A stretch of DNA of 64,000 bases from the human T2T-CHM13v2.0 reference genome, Homo sapiens. The notes beneath the pieces are model-generated. The model searched no databases. It was not told the DNA's origin and was given only the letters and a program-made list of their open reading frames with translations. The stretch lies in NCBI RefSeq assembly GCF_009914755.1, contig NC_060926.1. One strand, given 5' to 3'. The position numbers were made by a program, and so were the translations under genes. Each line of letters begins with the position of its first letter. Positions within the stretch are counted from its first letter, which is position 1. This document shows, piece after piece, positions 48,726-64,000 of the stretch.

Positions 48726-50959
48726 TGAAAAATAGTAGCTGTCTTGCCATTTTCAACTCTACTCTTAATTTCATTCTGTTTGCTTGGTAAATCCTCTTAT
48801 TTCTGTTTCTTAAAACATCATTTATTCCATCTTCAGAGTGTTCCTTAAATGTTTTTGCACTGCTTCATGACTATCATAAAATAGAATGAAATGCCTTCTG
48901 GTTGAGTTTTCAATTTTTTGATATTTATGGTATATCAGCTGCAATAAGTTTGATTTTTTAAAATAGCTATTATTATTTTGAGGGGGATGTTTAACAGCTG
49001 AAAATTCAGGCTTGGGCTTCTACCACAATTCACTGGCTTATTGTTCTAGTTTCCCATAATTTAATTAGAATTGAAAAATACCTCACTCTCGGCAATTTCT
49101 TCTTTGAAGAAATTTATTAATAATTGATAAGTAAGAATTTACTTAAATCTCATCATACAATCAGTCTATCTTAGTTAATGTGGGTAGTCCTCAAGAATAA
49201 TAAAACGTAATGTATACATGGAAAAAATTACAACAAATTTAAGGCAATATAAAGTCATCCTGAGATGAATGGTAGAGAAAAGTAATAGAAATTTAGAAAA
49301 ATAAAAGGTCAGAGAACAGAGGCCCACCTCCAGGGATCAAGTTGTACAGAACTGTGTGTTCAGTAGAAGTTAGGTGTAAGCAAATGGAGAGCCCCTTCTT
49401 TATGTGACAAAAACCAAGAGTTAGTTTATAGTACATTTGTAAGATCCAATATGGAAGGATGCTAAAAGTGTTAGTTGAATCATTATCAGAATTTGAGTAT
49501 ATTTATTGCTAGGAACAGTATTGCTGTTTTCGTCAGGTCAGTGTTAAAATGATCAAACCTTGGAGTCAGGAGAGTTTTTATATTTAATCAAATCTTTGGG
49601 TGGGATCTTTTCTCTCAGGTTTAAGGACTAATTAGTCACAAAATTGTTGACAAGGTAATAGGTATTTCCCCCATCAGCTAGTTCAGCTCTCTGGTTTTGT
49701 TCAAGACAATCTTGGGATTGTTTCCCTTATTTTCCCTCCACTCTGATTTTGTTTAATAAAATTACTTAGAACATATAGATGGAAATTAATTATAAACTTA
49801 GTCATACAAAAATTATATTTATTATTCATTCATTAATTGACTTAAGGGGATCTGTGTTGCTAGAGAAATCTTTATGTTTTACAGAATCCCTTTTATTTAT
49901 CTTTTCCTTTTGAATTTTCAGTGAACAATTTCAGTTTTTCTCCTTTTATTCACCTGTTTCTTAGGAGAATCTCACAAGTGTGAAAAAAGAAATCTTTAAG
50001 AAATGTTGACATTGAAAAACTTAATTTCCAGAAAAATGGATGAACATATGGTATGCAGGGAGCATACTGGTAATTCACTTTAAAGCAAAGATTTTTGATA
50101 CTGAGAAAGACTAACTGCTGTATTTATTTAACTAGTGTCCTCTTCTACTTCATTGGAAATAGGTAGGTGTGATTTTATGAGAGTTAAAGGCCCAGTATTT
50201 TATAACATACATGTTACACAAGGACAGAAACACTGCCTACTCTTTCTGGAAAATATATCCTTGGCCTATAATGCATTCTGTAAAGGTATTTTTACAGAAT
50301 GCTGATATGGATGGTTGCTGTAATTTATAGTTTGAATAGCCTTGAAGTAGGACCAGACACTCAATGCCAAAAGATTTTTGATTTTCTCTTTTTGTACATT
50401 ATGAAAATATTAAGCAGATATTTTAAAAAAGGAAATATCAAACATTGAAAGGATATTTATTGCTTTGGGGCAAGCTTTTTAAAAAATAAATTACATTATA
50501 TTACACAATGTAAGCAGGAGTAAGAGTAAGAACTCAAATTCAGAAGCCACTCATAATAGCAGATTCCATAGCCAAAACATAAGAAAAAAGCCAGAAATAA
50601 GCAAAATAGTTTATTGAACCACCAAAATAAATGTCGTAAAAGCTAAATACCTAAGCTCATATATTTCACCCTTAGATTATCCCTCCCCAAATTCTTTCTC
50701 AGAACCTACGACTTTGATTTTTCACAGTTTTAACTCACTTCTTTGTCTGTTTTTCTTAATGACAGGATATCAGTATCAACATGTGTTCTGAAGAGGAGGA
50801 AATGGCTAGGGGGTAGGTGCTTTTACAACCACAAAGAGTAACAACAGAAGGAAAAAACAGAATGTTAAACAGCATACACAGACTTTCTAAGAGTATTAAG
50901 TAATAGTTTGGAGACATTTAATATAGAGACAAGCAGTCTAAATGGCAAGTAGACTACAT

Positions 50960-51470
<511 letters not shown>

Positions 51471-51624
51471 ATATATTGCAATAGTTCCTGAGGTGGACAT
51501 CAATATGCATAAGTCATTAAATGAAAAAAGCCATTAAATTTTATTCAATAGTTTTCTTCTAAGAAGTCTGGAAAGTGAGTGAAACATTTTAGAAAGATTT
51601 CCATATAAAATGGTTGACCTTGGT

Positions 51625-52612
<988 letters not shown>

Positions 52613-53170
52613 TTCTAAATATTTTAAATTAGATTTGAGATAAATATTTACATTTTTGAAAATACAGAACACTTAGAAAATAATCCCCCCAAATGTATTA
52701 CTCTCATAGCTCAAAGATACTCACCCTAGTAATGTAGACTATTTTTTTCTTTTTACTATACTTATTTGAACATAGCCATGACTATATAGTAAATACAATT
52801 TTATACCTTGCTTTTCCTTCTTAATACTACATTTGTCCATGGCATTAAAAACTTATATACACATTTTAGTGAGTATAGTATTCCATTATGTGAACATACT
52901 ATAATTTATTTATTAAACCATAACTGAGCAGTTATATTGATCTCGAATATTGTTATTGAATTAATTATGCACAAAGAACATTTTTCCTTATAATGTTTCC
53001 TATATTTAAATTACACTTTTAGGATGAGTTTACAAATTGAAATTTTTAGTAAAAACTATTATTTTTACAGAAAGCAAAAAGCAACCAAATTGTTTGCCAA
53101 AAAAGGTGTACCCGATTTTTACTCCTATTTGTAAAGCATGCAAACACCCATTTTATCCTAATCTTTAGAG

Positions 53171-53346
53171 CATTAGTTCTCAACTTTGGCTACATGTTAA
53201 AATCACCTAAAGATGCTTTAAAATTTTTTATACCCAAACCAAACCCACAATGATTAAATCAGAATTTCTGGAGGTAGGGCCCAAATGTCAGCATTTCTCA
53301 AAATCTTCCAAATGATTCAATAGTCTAGCCTGATTGAAAACCATTG
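53171..53346. mobile_element. MER5A-like hAT MITE
   Basis: Imperfect terminal inverted repeats cattagttctcaa...ttgaaaaccattg. Internal aatcacct and aaatcagaatttctgga. Confidence 0.7.
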
Positions 53347-54174
53347 TTTAATGTTTTCCAAGCTTGCCTTAAGATCAACTAGGATGGGGATGGGGGATAA
53401 CTGGTTTCTGCCTCCTATTGCCAGTCAATTGAATTAGAGTTCCCCAAACTTGCTTCCTGGGTCTATCTACTGAGATTTTGCTTTGGTCAGTTTGAGGGGA
53501 TTCCTATAAACTTGTGTTTTTACTGCATAACCCCAGAAAGACTGTTCTTGAGCACCAAGAGTTATGATTTTTAAAATTATGGTTGCAAGTTTGTCAGGGA
53601 AAAGGTGGTACCTTGTTTGAAGTTGCATGTTAGTATTGTAGTGGACAAATTTTCTAAAACTTTCTTATAGGACTGTATATCCTGCTTTGTAAACTTTATG
53701 TTCAGGTTCTTTGTCTTTCTCAATTGATATTTTATCATTCATATTGATTTATAATGTCTTCTTTTATCAGATATATTAACCTTTTCGTAAGACATATTTG
53801 TAAATTGATTTCCAGCTCATTTGCCTTTTAAATTAGGCTGTATTCTTCTTGGATATATGGAATATTCTTATATATGTAGATAACTTTCATCTGTGATTTC
53901 TTTCACTGCTTTTAAACTTAGAAAGTTCACTCTCATCCAGAATTTAATTATTATTTACACACTTCCTTTTTATTAAAAAACATTTTTGATATTTGCATTT
54001 GCTTTACATTTAACACAATGGAATATCTGGAAGGTATTTATGTGTAAGATAGGTTTGCCGCCACCCAAACAGTCCATCAATAGGTAAATAATAATGCTGA
54101 CACAATTTTTGAATTCAGAACTTAAATGAGGGATTTCAGGTATCTTTTTCTTTACAAAGGAAAATATATTACTG

Positions 54175-54800
<626 letters not shown>

Positions 54801-55999
54801 TAATGAAATTTGTAAACTTTAAGCTTCTAAAATGTAGAGACTGTGTCTGTCTATTTTATCTTTTGATTTTAGTATTTATATTCTTATGGCACTCAAAATT
54901 ATTATGTAATAAGGGTAGATCAGAGGAAAAATAACCGAGGTTGTGGGGACAGCCGTAAAAATTAAACCTCTTCGTCTTTTATTTAAATACATTCCCTCAA
55001 TCTCTTACCTGTGACATCTGATTACAGTGGACTTCTTTCTGTGGGAGGAGAGTGAAGACTGAACTTGTGTTACCCAGTTGGCTGCACTGAGTCAGGGCTT
55101 TCTTTACATGCCAGGCATGTGAAATAACGTTGTGAGTAGTAGCCACAGTGCTCTCTCATCTGTTAATATTTCTTTAATGTCGTTGAAATAAAGGGCCAAA
55201 GAAAGCATGTAATAACTCACCCCAAGCTTGATTTAAAAATTCTGACCACTGAGCATGCAGTTTTCCGAATGATACATCATAGACCTATAGCATCCTATTT
55301 TTAGATGTGCAGCATAGACAATTTTTGCCTCCACAGAATTTTTGTCATTATTTCACTCTGACTTTCCATGTACTCTTTAAAGTCTGCATGATTTAGACTT
55401 TGGAGTGAAAAAGCCACTGAACTGCTTATAATCTTCCATTTCACTGATGTATACCCTCCCATCCTAAGAAACAAGAGTTGCACCAGCTTCAATATGGGGA
55501 AAAGCAGGTGGCTGCAAGGAGGCACAAAAGTTGCAATGTCTCCAGTTTATCAGATTCAGCTCGATTAATCAGAGGTGGGATTATATCTGTTTCCATAGGA
55601 CAAGTGTGTGTTATTTTACTCCAATATTGATTTTAAAAACATGAAGGAGAAATCATCCCAGAAGCAAAGGAGGAAAACGAAATCTCTACAATACCATGTT
55701 CAATTTAGACTTGTATATTTGCACTCATGAAGATTTACAACTTCTGCAAGAGAGAAACAATGTAGGTCACCTATTTTCAGATAACAAGCAGGGGTAGCAG
55801 CATTTCTGTGTGTATACACTGCTCATAGTGGCAACAATAGTCCAACATTTACTGTATGCACACCTGTGATTCTGCAGTTGACAAATATTAAAAGTCAATG
55901 TGATGGATGTCGTTGGGCCAGTCGCCTACCAACATCACTCTGCTCAATTTCCTTATCTGCCAACCATTTCTCTTTTCCCTCCAATATTTTTATGGCAAT

Positions 56000-56540
56000 T
56001 AATTAGTGTATTTATCCAGGAAACATTTACAGAGCATCTTATGTGTATAACATTCTCTAGGGGTATAGATCTAAGGGACACAGTCTCTGCCTTCCAGAAA
56101 TTAGGGAAGCAGATCATGCAAAAAAGCAATTATGGTAGCCTGTGATAAATTCTGTGGGAAATGTATGAAGAGCATGTAATCCAGACTGGGGCACTGGGAG
56201 AGTGGTAATGAGGACATGATACATGAGCTGAGTCATGAAGGATAAATAGGAGACAGCTAGCCAGGCGAAGCATGCCAAATGCACCAAGGCATGAGAGAAC
56301 ATGCATTTTACTTTTGTGCATGCAAGGAGTTCTGTATTTTTGGAGTATTGACTATTACAAGTTTGGGAACAATCAAGGAATTTGAAGGGTCCAAATCATG
56401 AGGGCTTTGTTTTTTTGCATCTTAAAGAATGTGGATTTCCACTTGAAAGCCATGGGGACACATTGAAGGGCTTTAAGCAGCAGACTAAAAAAAGTCAGAT
56501 TTGCATTTTAAAAAGAACCTCTGCAGGCAGTCCAAAGGAA
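56000..56540 (-). mobile_element. L2 fragment
   Basis: aaacatttacagagcatctt...acagtctctgccttc...ttgaagggctttaagcag...tcagatttgcatttta. Confidence 0.6.
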
Positions 56541-57297
56541 TATTAAGGTAAATGAAACTTCTGGGAACAGCATAAAGTCTTATACATTACATGTTAAATA
56601 AATCATACCAGAGATGCCTGGTAGCCAAAGGAAGGAGGTGGCTTCTCATTTCTAGAAACTCATTTTGTAATTCACTGACAGCAGCATCCAGAACATGAAT
56701 ATCCTTGTTTTAGTTTCAGTTTCTTCAGTTGTGCTGGACACCTTAAAAGAGGACATTGTCACCATGGCAAACCTGACTGAAATGCACAGAGAAGGCACTT
56801 CCGCCTGGGGAGCCTCAGTTCTTTCTCTGTGAAGAAGGCTCTTTTTGTTGTAGTCTGTGTCTGCATTCAGCATGTCACATTCGCACACACTGAGCAGTGA
56901 CACGCAGTCCTTGCTAGGGTGTTCTTTTAGACACTGTTTTTTTCCTCAGCCACCTAGAGCTATAGTATACTGCTCCAAGTGAAGGTTTTGTGATGCTTAA
57001 CAAGCAATTATTTTTCAGGCTGCTGAGTGACCCACTTTAACCTTAATAGTCACCAGCCACCTCTATGTCCTGCCCAGATAATGATGTTTTTGGTGGGTCT
57101 TGAATCTCGCTGATGGTCTGACTGCATTCCACAACATCATTGCTGGAGAGCCTGCCTTGAATTTAATCTCTATGGAGCTGGTGTAATGACATTGTTGAGT
57201 CCAAATTCTGTAAGATGCATCTGTGATACATCCAGAGCTATTTCCAGTATGAAAAGACTCAGACAATTGAAAACTCTAAGAAAAAAATAATGGAGCC

Positions 57298-57952
57298 TGC
57301 TATGGTTTGACTGCCTCCCCTCCAAAATTCAGGTGTTGCTAATGTGATACAATTAAGAGGTGAGGCCCTTAAAAGGTGATTAGGCCATAAGTGCTCCTCC
57401 CTTATTAGTGGGATTAGGTGCCTCTGCAAAGGAACCTGACGAAGGGAGTTTGTCCTCTCTTGCCATTCTGCCTTCTGCTGTGTGAGGACATAGCAAGCAT
57501 ATTGATCTTGGATTTCCTGGCCTCCAGAACTGTGATAAATAAATTTCATTAATTTAAGTGAAACAACTGAGAGGCAGAAAGTCAAATACTGCATGTTCTC
57601 ACTTATAAGTGGGAACTAAATAGTGTGTACATATGGACATAGGGAGTGGAATAATAGACATCGGAGACCAGAAGGATGGGAGAGTTGCGGGGGCTGAGGG
57701 GTGAGAAATTAATTACCTATTAAATAAAACGTACACTATTTAGGTGATGGCTACACTAAAAGCCCAGACTTCACAACTACACAACATATCCATGTAATAA
57801 AACTGCACATATACTTCCTAAATCTATAAAAAACAATAATACAAACAAAAGGCACATGTAAGCATGCTTTCTTTTTTAAAAAATAAATTTTTGTTCTTTA
57901 TATATTACCCAGTCTGTGGTATTTCATTATAGTAGCACAAAAGAGACTAAGA
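57298..57952 (+). mobile_element. MaLR solo LTR (MSTD-like) split by an L1 fragment
   Basis: tgctatggtttga...ccagaactgtga on the left and ttacccagtctgtggtatt...gactaaga on the right. gagcc flanks both ends (5-bp TSD). Confidence 0.88.
57548..57850 (+). mobile_element. L1MA-type 3' fragment
   Basis: catgttctcacttataagtggg...acactaaaagcccagacttcac...aaatctataaaaa. TSD aaataaattt at 57537-57546 and 57881-57890. Confidence 0.88.
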
Positions 57953-58436
57953 GCCTCATTCTACCTTTTCAATAATTGACTCTTAAATGTTAAACATCTC
58001 TTGATGCTCCCTGTAGTACAAAGATTGTTTGGATAGCACTCAGACATTTAAAGAAAAAGAAGACAGTTGGTGGGGCATGTTTATTTTTCCTAACGCAAGG
58101 TTATATTTCACTGTTGCCGTATATCCAAGGTTATATTTCATTGTTGTAGTCAGTAATTACTAAATACAAGTGGAATTACTAATCCCCAACCTATGTTTCG
58201 ATTAATACAAGATAGGGCAAAATCAAGGCAACCCACCATTTTGGAGAAGGACTTTAAATTAAGGGCATAATAGGTAAGATCAGGTGTATACGAATGGTTC
58301 CTAGGAACTATTGGTTCTCAAACCAGATATTTAAGAGTAAATAAATTGTGTTTATAATAGCATATCAAAACTGTTGCAAAGTAAAATTTCTTAGCATGCA
58401 TAGTTAGGTTATGTCACTCAAAAAGAGGAAGCTTCA

Positions 58437-58530
58437 CTGAGGTGGGAGGATTATTAGAGCCCAGGAGTTTGAAGCTACAGTGAGATATAATCACACCCCT
58501 GCACTCCAGCCCGGGCAAAGCAAGGCCCTG

Positions 58531-58572
<42 letters not shown>
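58437..58572 (+). mobile_element. Alu right-arm fragment with (CA)n tail
   Basis: ctgaggtgggaggatt...gcactccagcc, then (CA)n at ~58535-58572. Confidence 0.85.
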
Positions 58573-58922
58573 AATACAAAACAGGGGCAGCTTCAGCAAT
58601 GCAACATTCAGTGATGCTGATCCAAAGCAAGTAAGCTTGCTAATGTGTTTCTTATTCTGTCCAGAAGACAAAGTGTCCTGGCGTGTGGAATTCATTTGTT
58701 CGGTTCTTGTGACAGGAATATCTGTTAAGATGGCTGCCTTTGGATAATATTCTAATGGTATTAAAAGTTATCTACGTTTTCCATTAATTTACTGGAAAAT
58801 TTTTTAAAAACTTTAATGTTTTGGATTATTCATAGATAAATATAGACAATATTTTTTAAAAAATGATTGGTATTTTTGCCTGTTTAAGAAATTTTTAGTC
58901 ATTTTCATGGATAAAAGAGAAA

Positions 58923-59545
<623 letters not shown>

Positions 59546-60139
59546 CTATTAACTCAACCTGATAGTATCGATATAATTTTATACCACAACTATGATTTAT
59601 TTTAGGAATAAGTGGATGACTTAATACTATAAATCTATTAATATGGGACATACTAATTTGATGTAATATGTGAACATAATTTATCTAATTAGGAGATGAA
59701 ATGAAAAAAGCAAAATCATTCAAACACAACAATAATTATTCTTTAACTCAGCAATAACAGATTATAGTATGTTAGAAATAAATCATTTCACAATAGAATA
59801 AAAATTTAACAGATATACAATAAATATAAGAAAAAATGTGAAGCTTCACAAAGGAAAAGTTTGAAATTTTACTAAGAAACATAAAAGAAGATTTGAGCTA
59901 ATAACGTACCACATTCCTGGATAAAATACTTAATAGTAAAGACATTAATTAGATTTATAACTACAATGTGATTTCATTCAAAATCCTAAAGGGCTCTGAT
60001 ACTTAGGAAAATAACTGAAATCATTTAGAAAGGGAGATAGTGAGCACAGACTCTCCCTGTGAGAACAAGAACAGTATGGTATTAATGAAGGAAGAGCCAT
60101 GCCAGAAGATCACATTTGAAAACTCAGAAACACACCTAA

Positions 60140-60523
<384 letters not shown>

Positions 60524-62415
60524 TAAATACAGAGCCAAGGAAACTGTTTATAAAATACTAAAATTCCAATTCCATTTAAAAAAATAAATGTAAAAGTGAC
60601 TAAAATGGCAAACTACACATAAAGGAGGAAACATTAGCAAAATACTAGGAGTTCAGAGGATTCTGGCAGAATGATGGTAGTGGGTGGTAGAATAGTTTAT
60701 GAGTCTTCTCAAATCCAACCATTCAAACACATAGGGAAATTAGGATATGAAAGCCTAACCTGAAGACAGCGTCTAAAACAAGTGGAGGTGACAAGACATC
60801 CTCATTAACCCTAAAGTATGAGTGAGTAAGGACAAATTACCAACAGCTACAAGACCAGTGTAGTATCAGCATCTGCAAAGGAGGAAGCAGAAGACAGCCA
60901 CAGTGTATCTGACAGACATGAGAACACCTGATTAACTAAAAGGTACTAATCCAAAAGTTTAGCAAACCTATTGAAGAACATTAGCTACAACTTTAGAGTT
61001 GCTGCTTTGCAGAATTCAATAACAGGTGAGTGCAAGCGGTCTACATAAAAGACTAAAGAAGCTAGCAAGAGAGGCTGAGACATAAACTCTCAGCATTAAC
61101 CAGCTACATCTCCTTTCAAAGTCCCACACTGCTGGGAATAGAAAACAATTTGAGCATAACAAAAACAACAGAGGAAAAACGAAATAATGTTCACATGAAA
61201 GTGCAGATAGGAACAGAGCTAGAAAAACTAAAAAATAAGTGGCAATAGTCTTGACTCAATAGATATTTATGGAATGCTACCCTCAGCAATTGCAGAATAT
61301 TCATTTTCAGCATGTGTGATACATTCACCAATATAATACATGTGTTGGGTCCCAAAATTAGTTTTACTAATTCCAAAAGTATTGAAATAGAGTATATTGT
61401 CTGATCATGGCATAGTTAAATTAGTATTCATTTACAATAAAACATCTAGGAAAACCTCAAATACTTAGAAATTTAACAAACAATTTCTAAATTATTCATG
61501 GGTCAAACGGAAAAAAAGAAAATTAAATGCTCAAACTGAATGATAATGTGAAAACAATATATTAAAATGTGTGGGGCATAGCAAAAGTGGTGTTTAGGAA
61601 AACACTTAAAGCTTTAAATGTTACAAAAGAAGGACCTAAAATGAAGAGCTAAGGTACCACCAGAAGAAGCTAAGAAAAAAAAGAGCAAAGTAAATAGAAG
61701 ACGGAAATAATAAAGCTGAGAGCAGAAAGTAATGAAATAGAAAGCAGGCAAACAATAGAAAAAATTAATGCAGAAACCTGGTTCTTTGAAGATATCAACA
61801 AAATTGATAAGCACCAAGCAAAGATGATCACTGTTTCACAGAGAGAGAGAAAAGGAGGGAGAAAGGAAAAATTGCTAATATTAGAAATGAAAGGTCTTAC
61901 AAATATTAATGGAAAATAATAGAATATTGTCAACAACCTCTATTTCAAAAATTCTACAACTTAAATGAAATGGATAAATTTATTGACAAATGTAACAAAC
62001 ACAATACGAAAATAAAAATTTATTTAAAATAATTTCGTTTTAAATCAAAAAGCCTTCTTACTCAGAAATTTTCACATGATTTCACTGGTTAATTCTGTCA
62101 CAATTTGAAGAGGAAATAAGACCAATCTTACACAGCATTTTTCAGAAAAATAGGATAATAATAAAGAGGGAACATTCTCCAACTCATTATATAAGGCCAG
62201 CATAATCTTAATAGAAAACCTGACAAAGATACTACAAAAATAAAATCATTATAGATGAATATTCTTATGAATATAGATATTAAAATCCTTAATAAAATAT
62301 TAGCTAATCAAAGCCAACAATGTATGAAAAGGAAAATATATTGGACCAAGTAGGGTTTATCCCAGTAATTCAAGCTTGGATTTCACATCAAGAAAAAAAA
62401 ATCATAGTAGTTTGT

Positions 62416-62545
62416 TGTATTAGTTCATTTTTGCATAACTATAGAGGAATACCTGAGATTAGGAAATTTATTTAAAAATGAGGTATAATTGGCTTACAGT
62501 TCTATGGGCTATACAAGCACGGCTCCACCATCTGCTTTTTATAAG
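62416..62545 (-). mobile_element. MST-type MaLR LTR 3' fragment
   Basis: tgtattagttcatttttgcataactatagaggaatacctgag...ttggcttacagttct. Confidence 0.75.
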
Positions 62546-63830
62546 GTCAGAGGATAGGGGGCTCATATAAAAGCAACAAATACATTTTTGTATAACAGCA
62601 ACAAATAACATTTAGGAATAATTTTAGCAAAAAAAAAATGAACAAGACCTCTTCACTTACAACTATTGAACATCACTGAGAAAAATTTAAAAGGCCTATG
62701 TAACTAAAAAGATGTACCATGTTTACACATTTCCTTTCTTAGTATTGTTAAAATTATAATTTTTCCCAATTGTGTGTATGTATTTTTCCCAACACAATTC
62801 CAATCCAAATTTTCCACAGACTTTAAAAAAGTATAAATTTATCAGATGACTCAAAAATGTATGTAGAAATCAAAATGACCTAGAATACTGCGGGCAATTT
62901 AGAGAGAAAATTAATTTGGTGGACATGCACTATTTTAAATGTGGTTTGGCAACAAAAGGATAGATATAAAGGTCAATATAATAGAATAGAGGGTCTAGAA
63001 ATAAACTTATACATATATGACCAATTGATTTTCAGTAAGTACCCCAAAACAATCCAATGGGGAAGGGAACATTTCTTTTAGATGTTGCTAGGATAACTAG
63101 ATAAATACATGAGGAAAAGTGAACATTTACCCTTACCTCATACTGTGCTAAAAAACTAACAAGAAATGGATTATTAATATAAATGTAAAAAAGTAAAATT
63201 ATAATATTTCAACAAAGAAATAGAAGAGAAACCTTTGTGACCTTAATGTAGGCAAAGGTTTCTATGAAAGGAAAGTATAAGTAATCCAAGAAAAAAATGG
63301 TAACTTAGATTTCATCAGAATTTAACAACTTTGCACTTTGAAAGAAAACTTTAGCAAAACAAAAGAAGTAAGCCACATAGTAGGAGAAAACATACATATC
63401 CAGAATATATATAATACTCTTTTGAGTCTATAAGAAGACCAGAGACCTAATAAAAATGAACAAACTATTTGAATAGATACTTCTTAAGAAAGATGTAAAA
63501 ATGTCCAGTAAATACAATGGAGAAGATTCACAATATCTCAATTGGGAAAATGCATTTAAAATCAGAATGAGATAATACTACATAGACTAGTTAATCTTGC
63601 CTACTGAAAATAGACACAATTTTACTTCTTTTTCTTGATTATTTTGCCTTTCTTTTTTTTCCCTTTTATTACAATGACTAAAACTAAAAAGAATATACTA
63701 AGTGTTAGTGAAGATGTAGAACAACTAGAATTCTCATACATCACTGGTAGGACTACACAATGGTACAATCCTTTAGAAATCTGTTTGGCAATTTCTTAAA
63801 ATGTTAGACATTCACCTACTATAAGCACAC

Positions 63831-63912
63831 CCCAGCCTGGGCAACAGAACGAGACTCTGTCTCAAAACAAACAAACAAACAACAACAACAAAAACAACAA
63901 CAACAAAATAAA
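63831..63912 (+). mobile_element. Very short Alu 3' fragment with CAAA/CAA tail
   Basis: ccagcctgggcaacagaacgagactctgtctcaaaacaaac. Confidence 0.85.
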
Positions 63913-64000
63913 AAGACTAATTCATTTCACTCCTTGGCATTTACCCAAGAGAATAAAAACATTTGTCCACAGAAAAATGTATCCAGGAATACCAGTACAA

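Larger units (their letters stand above)
61250..64000 (+). mobile_element. Old L1M ORF2/3' region, degraded and running off the window
   Basis: Collinear ORF2-like tracts (tggttctttgaagatatcaacaaaattgataa; aaatggataaatt; aaaatccttaataaaatattagc; catcactggtagg). Confidence 0.85.

Overview
Human (or closely related primate) genomic DNA, repeat-rich and gene-poor. The only convincing protein-coding gene is the intronless Reprimo gene (RPRM, CDS 46790-47119, minus strand, 109 aa) inside a CpG-rich block (~45.4-47.8 kb). The rest is mostly transposable-element relics. These include a full-length but inactivated L1PA3/4-type LINE-1 (2370-8502, 14-bp TSD) inserted at the 3' end of an older, internally deleted L1PA7-type element; an ERV1 solo LTR with a 4-bp TSD; MaLR LTRs; many Alus; and L2, MIR, CR1 and old L1M fragments. 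Nearly all other ORFs in the six-frame track are repeat-derived or GC-rich shadows. I do not see a demonstrably new biological system. The best leads are regulatory: a promoter-like module just past the RPRM poly(A) site that points antisense into the gene, paired NF-kB-like sites forming a hairpin in the RPRM 5' region, a composite nuclear-receptor element near 1.06 kb, and unusual retroelement structures. Repeat subfamily calls are by eye from remembered consensus sequences, and boundaries of old repeats are approximate.
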